Source of the DNA: Phycisphaerae bacterium
Lineage (GTDB): Bacteria > Planctomycetota > Phycisphaerae > UBA1845 > Fen-1342
Reading direction: 5' to 3'
NCBI GenBank assembly: GCA_050115495.1
Contig: JASFQK010000009.1
Location: 32,001-96,000, forward strand
Length of the DNA stretch: 64,000 bases
Position 1 is the stretch's first letter. Every line of letters starts with the position of its first letter. A model generated the notes under the pieces. The model did no database searches. It was not told where the DNA came from and was given only the letters and a program-made list of their open reading frames with translations. The position numbers and the translations under genes are program-made. Below are positions 51,057 through 60,476 of the stretch, piece after piece.

Positions 51057-52592
51057 ATGACTGACACCGCTGCCGATCAGGCGGGCCCCGCGCCCGCGGC
51101 TACTCCTGCGCCCACCGTCGAGCTGCGTCCGGGCGATGTCGAACGAGCACGCGGCTTCCTGCCCTTGCTGGGTATCGGCGTGGCCTTCGCGGTCACCGCC
51201 GACTGGTTGTTCTGGGATCAGCCGCGAGGCTGGACCGTCGGGGCGTTCGGCCTGCTGCTGGCCGGGACGACGTTGCTGTGGGAGCGCCAGCGAGTTCGCC
51301 GATCTGCATGGATCGTTCTGGCGGCACTGGCGGGGCTGTTGCTGCAATGCGTCGTGGAGCCGGGCACGCTCGCTGTGGCGTTGGCGGTGTTGGGACTCGT
51401 GACGCTGGCTTTCACCGTGCGGGAAGGCTGGCGAGCGAGTGCGATCGCATGGTTCGAGCGCTGGGGGCTGATGGCCGCGCTGGGCTGGCTGAGCTTCTTC
51501 CGCGACGCGGAGGCGTGGGGCCGCGTGGAACGGGCCAGCGGCGGCGGAATGACGCGCTCCGGGGCGCGTTTCCTGCGCGGTTGGCTGATACCCGTCGTGC
51601 TGACGGCGGCGTTCTTCGCGGTGTTCGCAGTGGCGAATCCCGTGCTGGCCCGCTGGGTCACGAACGTCTGGGAGCGCTTGTACGACTTCGTCAGTGAGTT
51701 TCTCGACCGGTTGCCGACCGCCGGCCGCGTGCTCATGTGGGTCCTGGTCGGCATCGCGGTGTGGGCGCTCTTGCGCTATCGGGCCGGCACGCGCGTGCGG
51801 ACGCCGAATGCGGCGATCACGTCGCCACGCGTTTTGGCGGACTTCCCGTCGGCAGCACTCCTGCTCCGCTGCCTTGTGCCGTTCAATCTGCTGTTCGCGC
51901 TCCAGAGCGTGCTCGATGTGCGTTACCTCTGGTGGGGCGCCGAGCTGCCGAGTGGGCTCACGTACGCGGAGTACGCGCATCGCGGGGCGTATCCGCTCGT
52001 GGGGGCGGCGCTGCTGGCGGCGTGCTTCGTGCTGGTCGCGTTCCGCTCGGCGGCGCAGACGCCTGGTCTGCGCTGGGCGCGGCGGCTCGTGTACCTCTGG
52101 CTGGCGCAGAACCTGTTCCTGGTGATCTGCGCCGTGTGGCGCCTGAAGCTCTATGTGGAGGTGTACAGCCTGACGCGATGGCGCGTGGCGGCGGCGATCT
52201 GGATGCTGCTCGTGCTGGCGGGGCTCGTCTGGATCCTGTGGCGGATCGTGGGGCGACGCTCCGGAATGTGGCTGATCAACGTTAACGCGATCACGGCGCT
52301 GGCGGTGCTCTACGCCTGCGCGTTCGTGGATTTCGACCGGTGGATCGCGGATGTCAACGTCGCTCATTGCCGCGAGCTCGGCGGCGAGGGGCCGCCGATC
52401 GACGTACCGTATCTTGAACAGCTCGGGCCGGAGTCCCTGCCCGCACTCGCCCGGCTCGCCGAGAGCCGGGTCGACCCGAAGACGGTCAACCGGGCGGGCT
52501 CGGCGGCGTGCCGGCTGCGCGCCGCGCTGCGCAGCGACCTGAGCACCTGGCGTGGGTGGACGTGGCGCCGGCAGTGCCTGGCCGACGGGTGA
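51057..52592 (+). CDS. DUF4173/DUF4153 family membrane protein
   Basis: FAVANPV, TYAEYAHRG..PL, RL.LYV..Y.LT..R and IDVPYL motifs. Confidence 0.8.
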   Translation: MTDTAADQAGPAPAATPAPTVELRPGDVERARGFLPLLGIGVAFAVTADWLFWDQPRGWTVGAFGLLLAGTTLLWERQRVRRSAWIVLAALAGLLLQCVVEPGTLAVALAVLGLVTLAFTVREGWRASAIAWFERWGLMAALGWLSFFRDAEAWGRVERASGGGMTRSGARFLRGWLIPVVLTAAFFAVFAVANPVLARWVTNVWERLYDFVSEFLDRLPTAGRVLMWVLVGIAVWALLRYRAGTRVRTPNAAITSPRVLADFPSAALLLRCLVPFNLLFALQSVLDVRYLWWGAELPSGLTYAEYAHRGAYPLVGAALLAACFVLVAFRSAAQTPGLRWARRLVYLWLAQNLFLVICAVWRLKLYVEVYSLTRWRVAAAIWMLLVLAGLVWILWRIVGRRSGMWLINVNAITALAVLYACAFVDFDRWIADVNVAHCRELGGEGPPIDVPYLEQLGPESLPALARLAESRVDPKTVNRAGSAACRLRAALRSDLSTWRGWTWRRQCLADG

Positions 52593-52781
52593 TGCGTGTC
52601 GCGAGTCCGCAGGCCAAAACGACGTTGATTCGACACACGGCGCCACGGCGGGTGAAACCCGCCCTACCTGCTTGGCGCCGGCAGTTGTAGGGCGGGCTCG
52701 GCCCGCCGAAGGTCCGCAGGCCAGAATAGCACCGATTCAACACACGGCGTTCGCCGACGGGTGATACGTATCGCGAGTTCG
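52563..52781. repeat. REP doublet (CTAC/GTAG-ended hairpins) embedded in a degenerate ~110-bp tandem duplication
   Basis: ggcgggtgaaacccgcc-ctac (52647-52667) and gtag-ggcgggctcggcccgcc (52687-52707), with flanking direct repeats. Confidence 0.7.
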
Positions 52782-52807
52782 GTGCCCCACCGTGGGGTGC
52801 CCCAACG

Positions 52808-52848
52808 AGAAACGGGCGGTCAGTGTCTGGCTGACCGCCCGTTCGTTT
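52808..52848. terminator. Hairpin terminator downstream of tRNA-Leu
   Basis: aacgggcggtcag-tgtctgg-ctgaccgcccgtt. Confidence 0.65.
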
Positions 52849-52855
52849 GCGGAAA

Positions 52856-52940
52856 TGCGGCTGACTGGAGTCGAACCAGCACGGGCTATTCGCCCACAAG
52901 GACCTGAACCTTGCGCGTCTGCCAATTCCGCCACAGCCGC
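52856..52940 (-). tRNA. tRNA-Leu(CAG), long variable arm, CCA not encoded
   Basis: Reverse complement GCGGCTGTGGCGGAATTGGCAGACGCGCAAGGTTCAGGTCCTTGTGGGCGAATAGCCCGTGCTGGTTCGACTCCAGTCAGCCGCA. Confidence 0.97.
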
Positions 52941-53076
52941 GTGGTCGGGCACCGGGAAGCCGCACGGTTGCGAAACCACCCGAGAACAGGCATCATACGC
53001 ACCGTTTGGCCGGCGTCAAGCACGCTTCACGCCAGGCCCCGGCGGAACTGGACCCAGGCGGAGGGCGGCAGAAACC

Positions 53077-54270
53077 ATGGCCGCAAACGGACGAAACAGC
53101 ACGCTATTCCGGCGGACCCGGCACGACAACCGCCGAGTGGTGGTCACCGGCCAGGTGGGCGTCGACAAGAAGCCCTTCCTGCAAGAGGTCACTCGGGTCG
53201 CCGAGTCGCGCGGAGAGCCGGTACGACTGTTCCATATCGGCGACATGATGTATCGCGAGGCGCCGGACGTCCGCCGGGGACAGATCCTGGACCTGCCCCT
53301 GGCCCGGCTGAACGCTCTGCGGCGGTCGGTGTTCAAGGACGTGCTGGCCCAGGTGGACACGCCGGCGACGGTCATCGTCAACACGCACGCCTCGTTCCGG
53401 TGGAAGCACGGGCTGTTCCCGGCGTTCGACCACGACCAGATGCGGGCCCTCGACGCCGACGTGTATATCACGTTGGTGGACAACGTGGACGCCATCCACG
53501 AGCGGCTGACGCGTGAACACGACGTACCACACACGCTCAAGGACATCCTGGTGTGGCGCGAGGAGGAGATCCTGGCGACGGAGGTGCTGGCCAGCGCCGT
53601 GCGCGGGCAGGGGCACTTCTACGTTTTCGCCCGAGGCACCGACGAGAGCACGACACGCTCGCTGCACCGGCTGATCTTCCGCCCGGACACGAAGCGCGTC
53701 TATCCGTCGTTCCCCATGACGCACGTGATGGATATGCCCGATACGCTGGCGCAGATCGACGCGTTCCGGGCGGCGCTGTCCGAGCATTTCATCACGTTCG
53801 ATCCGGGGGACCTCGATGAGAAAAGGCTGCTGTTCGAGGCGGGAGCCGCCACGCAGCGGGGCGAGTCGTCGTTCACGCTGAACGTGCACGACCGGGATAT
53901 CGAGTTCGACGCCCGCGAGGTCACCGGCGTGGCTCGCGACATCGACGCCCAGATCTACGCTCGCGATTTCAAGCTGATTGACCAGTCGGACATGATCGTC
54001 AGCTTCATTCCGGAGCTGCCGGACGGCAAGCCGGGGCTGTCGTCGGGCGTGGAGCGCGAGCTGCAACACGCGTTCGAGGCGACGAAAGAGGTGTACATCG
54101 TCTGGCAGCCGCAGGCGGAGCCCTCACCCTTCATCACGGAAACGGCCACGCGGATCTTCCGGAACACCGAGGCAGCGCTCGAGTTCTTCCAGGAGAAGGG
54201 CTACCTCTCGTCGTTCCAGAAGCCGCTGTTCCAGGCACCGCGTCCTCGTGAACGCGGCCGGCACGGCTAA
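53077..54270 (+). CDS. Fusion: archaeal-type adenylate/NMP kinase-like P-loop domain + nucleoside 2-deoxyribosyltransferase-like domain
   Basis: VVVTGQVGVDKK, IVNTHASF, WREEE; C-terminal VYPSFPMT...RDFKLIDQSD...SSGVERE. Confidence 0.7.
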   Translation: MAANGRNSTLFRRTRHDNRRVVVTGQVGVDKKPFLQEVTRVAESRGEPVRLFHIGDMMYREAPDVRRGQILDLPLARLNALRRSVFKDVLAQVDTPATVIVNTHASFRWKHGLFPAFDHDQMRALDADVYITLVDNVDAIHERLTREHDVPHTLKDILVWREEEILATEVLASAVRGQGHFYVFARGTDESTTRSLHRLIFRPDTKRVYPSFPMTHVMDMPDTLAQIDAFRAALSEHFITFDPGDLDEKRLLFEAGAATQRGESSFTLNVHDRDIEFDAREVTGVARDIDAQIYARDFKLIDQSDMIVSFIPELPDGKPGLSSGVERELQHAFEATKEVYIVWQPQAEPSPFITETATRIFRNTEAALEFFQEKGYLSSFQKPLFQAPRPRERGRHG

Positions 54271-54582
54271 GCCGGCCGCCGACGCCGCGGAGTATCCCCT
54301 CTTATGCCCTGTCTCCGGGTTACCGGTCCCAGGGCGAGGTCCCGTCTTTCCGAGAACGGGCCGCCCGCGTCGTGCGGACTCACTCCTGCATTTCGCACGC
54401 TGAGGGCTTACCAGGGGGCCTGCGCAGGTGGGAGCATGTGACGACCCCGAACGGCTGACAGCCCGTCCTTGCCCATAGCCTAGATTTCTTGAAATCATTC
54501 TGGCGAATTACATGATATATTTTTGGCGGTTATCTGGAGTTTTTTCTTGAGTTCCGGACCGCTACCGGGTAACCTGCATCGC

Positions 54583-55857
54583 ATGGATAGGGAATCGCCG
54601 CAGACAGCCCTGAAGCAGAAGCACCATCGGGACTTCCTGGATGACGCGCCCGTTGTCCTGGCGAGCGTTCAGGATGCGTTTGCGAAGGTCATCAGCGCGT
54701 TGCCCGAGGACATCGCGCACGCCAACGAGCTTTCGAAGACGCTGGGCGTGAGCAGCAAGCTCGCCTGGCAGATCAGGCGGTTGGTGTACGAGACGGACCC
54801 CTTCGCCGCCGTCCAGTACATCCCGGGGCAGAGCTCCATAAAGAAATTCCTCCACGCGGCGGCGACGCTGAGCGTACAGAGTGACGTGATCGCGTCGGCG
54901 GAGAAGGCGATCCAGGAGTTCGAGCGGCTCGTGCGGACGCACGCCGACAACCGCGAGGCGTTCGACATTCTCGCGGCGGGGTGTGCCAGCCGGATGGTGG
55001 AGCGAAAGCACCTGGATTATCGCAAGGCGTCTTTCGTCGGTAACAGCTTCTCATGGGGCGTGCATGCCCGGATTCAACTGGTGACCGAATTCGTGTTTCC
55101 GTCGCCGAGCGGCAGGGACATCAGCATGGTCAGCGTGTGCGGCTTCGGCGAATTACGTCGCCTGCGTCCGAGTCTGTCCTGGCCCATCCAGACCAGGCGG
55201 ATGGTGGATAAGGGGGGACACGTGCATCCAACGCTGAAACGCGAGCCGTTGGAACCGCAGGGTGGGACGGACTGCGTCTCCGAAGTTCCGCTGTTCCCTT
55301 CATTCTGCACGCAACCGACGCCCGAGGTTCGGCGCGTGTTTTCGCCGGACGGCAGCATCCGGGACGAAGTGGTTGCCGGGAGTGTCGGGAAGACGGGAAC
55401 GATGGACTGCCTGATCGGCGAGATTGTCCATGATTCGGGGCCGCGCTACGTGTGCGGTGATTCCAAGGAGTGGGGTGTCGGGGTCCACGTCCGGACGCCC
55501 TGCGAGGCCTTGATCCTCGACCAGTTCATACATCGGGATTTGTTTGGCCCGGTCACGCCGAAGCTGAGCGTTTTCAACGATCTGCTGGCGGCGAATGTGG
55601 CGTTGCCGCCGACGATGCGTGTTGCCGACCAGATGCCTGTGTTTGAAACGGTGCAGTCGTTGGGGCGCGGACTGCGCAACGTCCGCGTGCCGGAGTTTCC
55701 GCGTTATGTCGAGATGGTTGATTTCGTGCTGAAACGCATGGATTGGAAGGCAGAGCAGTTCGACGGCTACCGCGTCCGTATCGAATATCCGCCCGTGCCG
55801 ATGTCGGTAGTGATGCACAACGACGTGCCACCGGCGCCCGGGGCTGGCGGGAGTTGA
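54583..55857 (+). CDS. Hypothetical protein with N-terminal HTH-like segment (putative regulator)
   Basis: ANELSKTLGVSSKLAWQI is HTH-like; an AT-rich tract lies upstream at 54481-54550. Confidence 0.55.
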   Translation: MDRESPQTALKQKHHRDFLDDAPVVLASVQDAFAKVISALPEDIAHANELSKTLGVSSKLAWQIRRLVYETDPFAAVQYIPGQSSIKKFLHAAATLSVQSDVIASAEKAIQEFERLVRTHADNREAFDILAAGCASRMVERKHLDYRKASFVGNSFSWGVHARIQLVTEFVFPSPSGRDISMVSVCGFGELRRLRPSLSWPIQTRRMVDKGGHVHPTLKREPLEPQGGTDCVSEVPLFPSFCTQPTPEVRRVFSPDGSIRDEVVAGSVGKTGTMDCLIGEIVHDSGPRYVCGDSKEWGVGVHVRTPCEALILDQFIHRDLFGPVTPKLSVFNDLLAANVALPPTMRVADQMPVFETVQSLGRGLRNVRVPEFPRYVEMVDFVLKRMDWKAEQFDGYRVRIEYPPVPMSVVMHNDVPPAPGAGGS

Positions 55858-55983
55858 GAAGAAGCAGGCAGGCCGAACGCCTGCGATGGCGGGGCAAGTA
55901 TAGAACTGGGTATTCAGAGTCGCCCGAGGGCGCGTGCTTTCGGCGTTCCTGGTGGTCTTGTTACATCATGAGGAGGAGATTCG

Positions 55984-56601
55984 ATGCGAACGATGCTGGC
56001 ATTCGCCGCAGCCGCCCTGTTGCTCACGACCGGTGCGGCGTCCTACGCGGGCAACATCCTCGAGAATCCCGGGTTCGAAACCGGGGGCATCGAGCCGTGG
56101 GAGCACTACAAGTTCATCGAGTTCCCCGGGGACCCGGATCCGGAGGAGCTGTGGATCGCGACTACGGAGAACCCGCACAGCGGGCAGTATTGCGCCAGGG
56201 GCCTGGGCTGCCGCCTGATCTTCCAGCAGATATTCGAGCCGATGGAGGTCGACAGCATCACCGAGTTCTCCTGCTGGCTCCGACAGGACCAGAACCTCGA
56301 TCTCAGCATTAACATGGTGTTCGACGATCCCACCGACGACGAACCGGGCGTTGGCTTGCTATTCGACAGGTACCTCGAATCAACGGATTGGTGGTTCTAC
56401 GACGGCCTCACCGAGCTGCACTGGGCCGCCGAGATGGCGGAGGAAGCGCTGGGAAATGGATGCCGACTCGTGGCCGTCGGCATCAACGGCACGTTCGAAA
56501 CGTACACGTACGTGGATGACTGGGTAGTGGCTCCGGAGCCGACGAGCCTGACCCTGCTGAGCCTGGCCGCCTTGTTCGTCCTGCGACGAAGACCGGTCTA
56601 A
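55984..56601 (+). CDS. PEP-CTERM sorting domain protein
   Basis: RBS GAGGAG, signal peptide, NPGFE motif, C-terminal APEPTS + TM + RRR. Confidence 0.85.
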   Translation: MRTMLAFAAAALLLTTGAASYAGNILENPGFETGGIEPWEHYKFIEFPGDPDPEELWIATTENPHSGQYCARGLGCRLIFQQIFEPMEVDSITEFSCWLRQDQNLDLSINMVFDDPTDDEPGVGLLFDRYLESTDWWFYDGLTELHWAAEMAEEALGNGCRLVAVGINGTFETYTYVDDWVVAPEPTSLTLLSLAALFVLRRRPV

Positions 56602-56633
56602 CCGCCGGCCGCCGGCGGGCTGCTGCTTCGGAT

Positions 56634-56688
56634 GAAGGGGACGTTCCACCCGGTGCCTGCGGGACGAGCGGAACGTCCCCTTCTCTCT
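56634..56688. terminator. Hairpin between convergent genes (probable terminator)
   Basis: gaaggggacgttcc ... ggaacgtccccttc followed by tctct. Confidence 0.55.
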
Positions 56689-56738
56689 GCTCACTCTTCC
56701 TACGGCCTACGCTGGGCAGCGCCATCTGGCCGGGCGAA

Positions 56739-58697
56739 CTAGGGGGACGACGTTTCGCCCAGTTTGTCCAGGGCTGCGCGGGCCGCGGTGAAGCCGGGGT
56801 CGGCGGCAACGGCGCGGCGGAAGCAGTCCGCCGCCTGATCGGGGTGGTTCTCGTCGATGTGCAAGAGGCCCATTTCGTACAGGGCGCGGGCGCTACCCGG
56901 CCGCTCGCGCAGGGCGATGTCGAGGTGAGCGCGGGCCTCGTCGTAGCGCTGCAATGAGCGCAAGACCGAGCCGAGCGTGCACAGCGTGTCGACGTCGCCG
57001 GGCCGTTGCTCCAGCAGACGCTGTAGATGCGGCAGGGCTCGCGCGAACTGCTCGTGCTCCACGAGCAGCGCGGCCAGGTGCGCGCGAGCCTGCACGTCGG
57101 CGCGCTTGATGTCCAGGGCACGTTCGTACACGTCGTAGCATTCGTCAAGCCGCCCCTCGCGCTCGAACATGAACCCGAGATCCCACAGCACGTCCGGCGC
57201 GCCCGGCAGCGACGCAAGCAGCTCCCGGTAGAGCGTTTCGGCCGTGGCCAGCTCCCTGCGGCCGAGAGCCTCGCGGGCGCGGAAGAGCAGCTTGATCGTC
57301 GCGGTGAATTCGGCGGGGTCACGGCCTTCGGGCTCGAAGGGCTCGGCGGACTCCGCCGCATCGGCCGGCACGGCACTGCCGACGTAGCCCAGCGACTGCA
57401 AGTCGCGCAGCGTCTCGTCACTCAACGGGGCAGTCGCGGCGACGCTGCGCGCCGCCGGCGCCTGGCTGAGCAGGTCGCGCAGTACCTCCTCGAACTCGGC
57501 CAGCCGCTCGGGCTGCGAATACGCGAGGTTGTGCTGCTCGCCCGGGTCGTGCGCCAGGTCGAACAGACAGGGATGGGTGGACTGGATGTACTTCCAGTCG
57601 CCGGCCACGAGCGTCCGCAGACGACAGAGCCGGAACACCTCGTACGCCTCGGGAGCTTCGCCGAACGCCTCGAGCTGGAGATCGGTGGTCTGGCCGTCGA
57701 GCAGTGGCACGAGGCTCACACCCTGGGCCGCGGGTAGCGGCGGGACGTTGGCGAGGTCGAGAATCGTGGGAGCCAGGTCGATCGTGCGGACGACCGGCTT
57801 CAGCCGCGCCCCCGCCGGCAGCCGGTTCGGCCAGCGCATGAGCAACGGCACGTGCATCGTCGTCTCGTAGGCGAAGTAGCCGTGCTGGTACTCGCCGTGA
57901 TCGTCGAGGCCTTCGCCGTGGTCGCCGACGAGCACGATGAGCGTGTTCTGGTCGAGGTGCAGCGTCTCGAGCTCGTCCAGGATGCGGCCGATCTGCTCGT
58001 CCATAAACGTGATTTCGTCGGCGTAAGCGGTGGGCGAGTCCGGGTCGACCACGCGCTCGGAACGGTACGGATGATGCGGGTCGTAGAAGTGCACCCAGAA
58101 GAAGAACGGCTTGTCGCCGGCGGCGTGGAGCAAGCCCACGGTACGGTCGCACACCTCGTCGGCCCGCCGTTCGCCACGGGCCGGGGCGTTGCCTGTCGGC
58201 CGCCCGGCCTCGTCGTAGACGTCGAAACCCTGATCCAGGCCGCACGGGCGGTTCATGCCGACGAAGGCGATGACTGCCGCCGTGATGTACCCGGCGGACT
58301 TGAGCTGCTCGGCGAGCGTCTCCGCCGCGCCGGTGAGCGTCTGCATGCCGTTGCGGCGGACGCCGTGCACGTAAGCGTATTGGCCGGTCATCATGGAGCA
58401 GTGTGAGGGCACGGTTAGTGGGATGCAGGTCTCGCAACGGAGGAACAGGGCGCCTTCGCGAGCAAGGCGGTCCATGTTCGGCGTGCGCGCGGACGGGGAA
58501 CCGTAGCACGCGAGGTAGTCGGCGCGCGTCGTGTCCACCGTGATGAACAGCACGTTGACCGGACGGTGGCCGGCCCAGGGGAGCCACGACGGGCGAGCGA
58601 GCACGGCATAGAGAACAAGTGCGCCCAGGCCGACGACGAGAATCGCCGGCAGCACCAGGCGACGCGTGCGTTTTTGATTCGAGCGAGGTCCCACCAT
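56739..58697 (-). CDS. Sulfatase-like hydrolase (alkaline phosphatase superfamily) with C-terminal TPRs
   Basis: NVLFITVDTTRAD, TVPSHCSMMTG, HFYDPH, GDHGE, DPGEQHNL and LQSLGYV motifs, then TPRs. Confidence 0.88.
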   Translation of the reverse strand: MVGPRSNQKRTRRLVLPAILVVGLGALVLYAVLARPSWLPWAGHRPVNVLFITVDTTRADYLACYGSPSARTPNMDRLAREGALFLRCETCIPLTVPSHCSMMTGQYAYVHGVRRNGMQTLTGAAETLAEQLKSAGYITAAVIAFVGMNRPCGLDQGFDVYDEAGRPTGNAPARGERRADEVCDRTVGLLHAAGDKPFFFWVHFYDPHHPYRSERVVDPDSPTAYADEITFMDEQIGRILDELETLHLDQNTLIVLVGDHGEGLDDHGEYQHGYFAYETTMHVPLLMRWPNRLPAGARLKPVVRTIDLAPTILDLANVPPLPAAQGVSLVPLLDGQTTDLQLEAFGEAPEAYEVFRLCRLRTLVAGDWKYIQSTHPCLFDLAHDPGEQHNLAYSQPERLAEFEEVLRDLLSQAPAARSVAATAPLSDETLRDLQSLGYVGSAVPADAAESAEPFEPEGRDPAEFTATIKLLFRAREALGRRELATAETLYRELLASLPGAPDVLWDLGFMFEREGRLDECYDVYERALDIKRADVQARAHLAALLVEHEQFARALPHLQRLLEQRPGDVDTLCTLGSVLRSLQRYDEARAHLDIALRERPGSARALYEMGLLHIDENHPDQAADCFRRAVAADPGFTAARAALDKLGETSSP

Positions 58698-59029
58698 CAG
58701 CCGACGTCTCCGAGGGGGTCAGGCCCGGTTCGGTCGCCGAGCCGGGCTGGGTCATTGTATGGCACAAACCGCCGTTTGTGTCGGAACGGTTCGACTGCTT
58801 TCCAGGAGCGAAGCGTGCGGGCCACGCCGACGGACGAATGGGGGATCGTGCGCGGTTGCAGGCGGAGCGCAGCGCGGTGTGTGTTGTTGTCGCCGTAACG
58901 TCGACCGTCGCATGCGCAGAAAACCAAAGACAAAACCGCCGGAGTGCGCGCTATAACACACTGGAAGAAGGCCGTCGGGCGGCGGCGCCGGGCGGCATGC
59001 CACGGACCATTTCATAAGAGAGGGACATC

Positions 59030-60325
59030 ATGAACGGGAGAACAGCTTTCCAAGTGGTGTTGTGCGCGCTGGCCGGCTTCCTGGCCACCGCTGGCCCTGT
59101 CGCCTCGGCCGGCTACATTCTTGGCGACGCGAACTGCTCGGGGGCGATCGACTGCACGGACGCCAACGCGTTCATACTGGCCCTCACAAGTCCGGAGGCG
59201 TATGCGGTCGTCTACCCCGACTGCAACATGCTGGCGACGTGCGACATGAACAACGACGGCTGGGTCAACAACTACGACGTTGATTTGTTTGTGGCGGTGT
59301 GGATCGGCGCCCTGGGTGGTGATCAGGATGGGGACCTGGTACCGCAGGACTGCGACAACTGCCCCGATGATCCCAACGCGGAACAGGAGGACGGAGACGG
59401 CGACCAGGTCGGTGACGTATGCGACAACTGCCCGGACGACGCCAACCCGAGCCAGCAGGACACCGACGCCGACGGGCTCGGCGACGCCTGCGATCCCTGC
59501 CCGACTATCTCCGCCGGCGACGTGAACGGAGACGGCCAGGTGGACTGCGACGACATCGGGCCCTTCATCAACCTGCTCCTCGATGGCAAGAACGGAACGG
59601 ACGCCGTCTGCATCGGCGATTTCAACGGCGACGGTCACGTCGACAACATGGACATCGCCGGATTCTTCGCTCTGCTGGGCGGTGACGCGGACGGAGACCT
59701 CGCCCCGGAGAACTGCGACAACTGCCCGGGTCTGTACAACCCCGACCAGGAGGATACGGACGGCGACAGCCTCGGCGATGCGTGCGACCCCTGGCCGATG
59801 TTCATGGCGGGCGACGTCAACGGCTCCGGAGCGATCGACTGCGACGACATCCACGCGTTTGTGTACGCGATCATGCATGACCAGGCCGAGTTCGAGGCCG
59901 CCTTTCCCGACGGCTGCTACTTCTGCGCGGACATCACCGGCGACGGCACGGTCAACAACTATGACATCGAGGATTTCAGAGCACTATGGATCGCTGCGCT
60001 GGGCGGTGACGCTGACGAGGACCTGATAGCCGATGACTGCGACAACTGCGTAGGCCTGTACAACCCGTACCAGGAAGACGCTGACGAGGACAATCTCGGC
60101 GATTTGTGCGATCCCTGCCCGACGGTCCCCGCTGGCGACACGAATTGCGACGGCGCCGTCGACAACTTCGACATCCGTCCGTTCCTCACCGCCCTGATCG
60201 ACGGACAGGCGGCGTGGGAAAGCCAATATACCTGCGGTTTCTTCTGCGCGAATGACGCCAACGGCGACGGCCGCGTGGACAACTTCGACATCAGCCCGCT
60301 CATCGACCTGATCTCGCACCAATAG
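59030..60325 (+). CDS. Secreted protein: 4 dockerin-like modules alternating with thrombospondin type-3 Ca-binding repeats
   Basis: GDxNxxGxxDxxD...DxNxDGxVNxxD modules; DxDGD...CDNCP repeats. Confidence 0.85.
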   Translation: MNGRTAFQVVLCALAGFLATAGPVASAGYILGDANCSGAIDCTDANAFILALTSPEAYAVVYPDCNMLATCDMNNDGWVNNYDVDLFVAVWIGALGGDQDGDLVPQDCDNCPDDPNAEQEDGDGDQVGDVCDNCPDDANPSQQDTDADGLGDACDPCPTISAGDVNGDGQVDCDDIGPFINLLLDGKNGTDAVCIGDFNGDGHVDNMDIAGFFALLGGDADGDLAPENCDNCPGLYNPDQEDTDGDSLGDACDPWPMFMAGDVNGSGAIDCDDIHAFVYAIMHDQAEFEAAFPDGCYFCADITGDGTVNNYDIEDFRALWIAALGGDADEDLIADDCDNCVGLYNPYQEDADEDNLGDLCDPCPTVPAGDTNCDGAVDNFDIRPFLTALIDGQAAWESQYTCGFFCANDANGDGRVDNFDISPLIDLISHQ

Positions 60326-60476
60326 CCGTCTGGCCACGGAGCCCATCGTGACTGACGGGACGGCGGTGCCCGGACGGCCAGACGGAGGAGCGTGCACGCT
60401 GTGAAGTATGGACGAGAGCCGCCCGGCAGCGGTGCCGGGCGGCGCGTCGCGAACCATTTCATAAGAGAGGGACATC

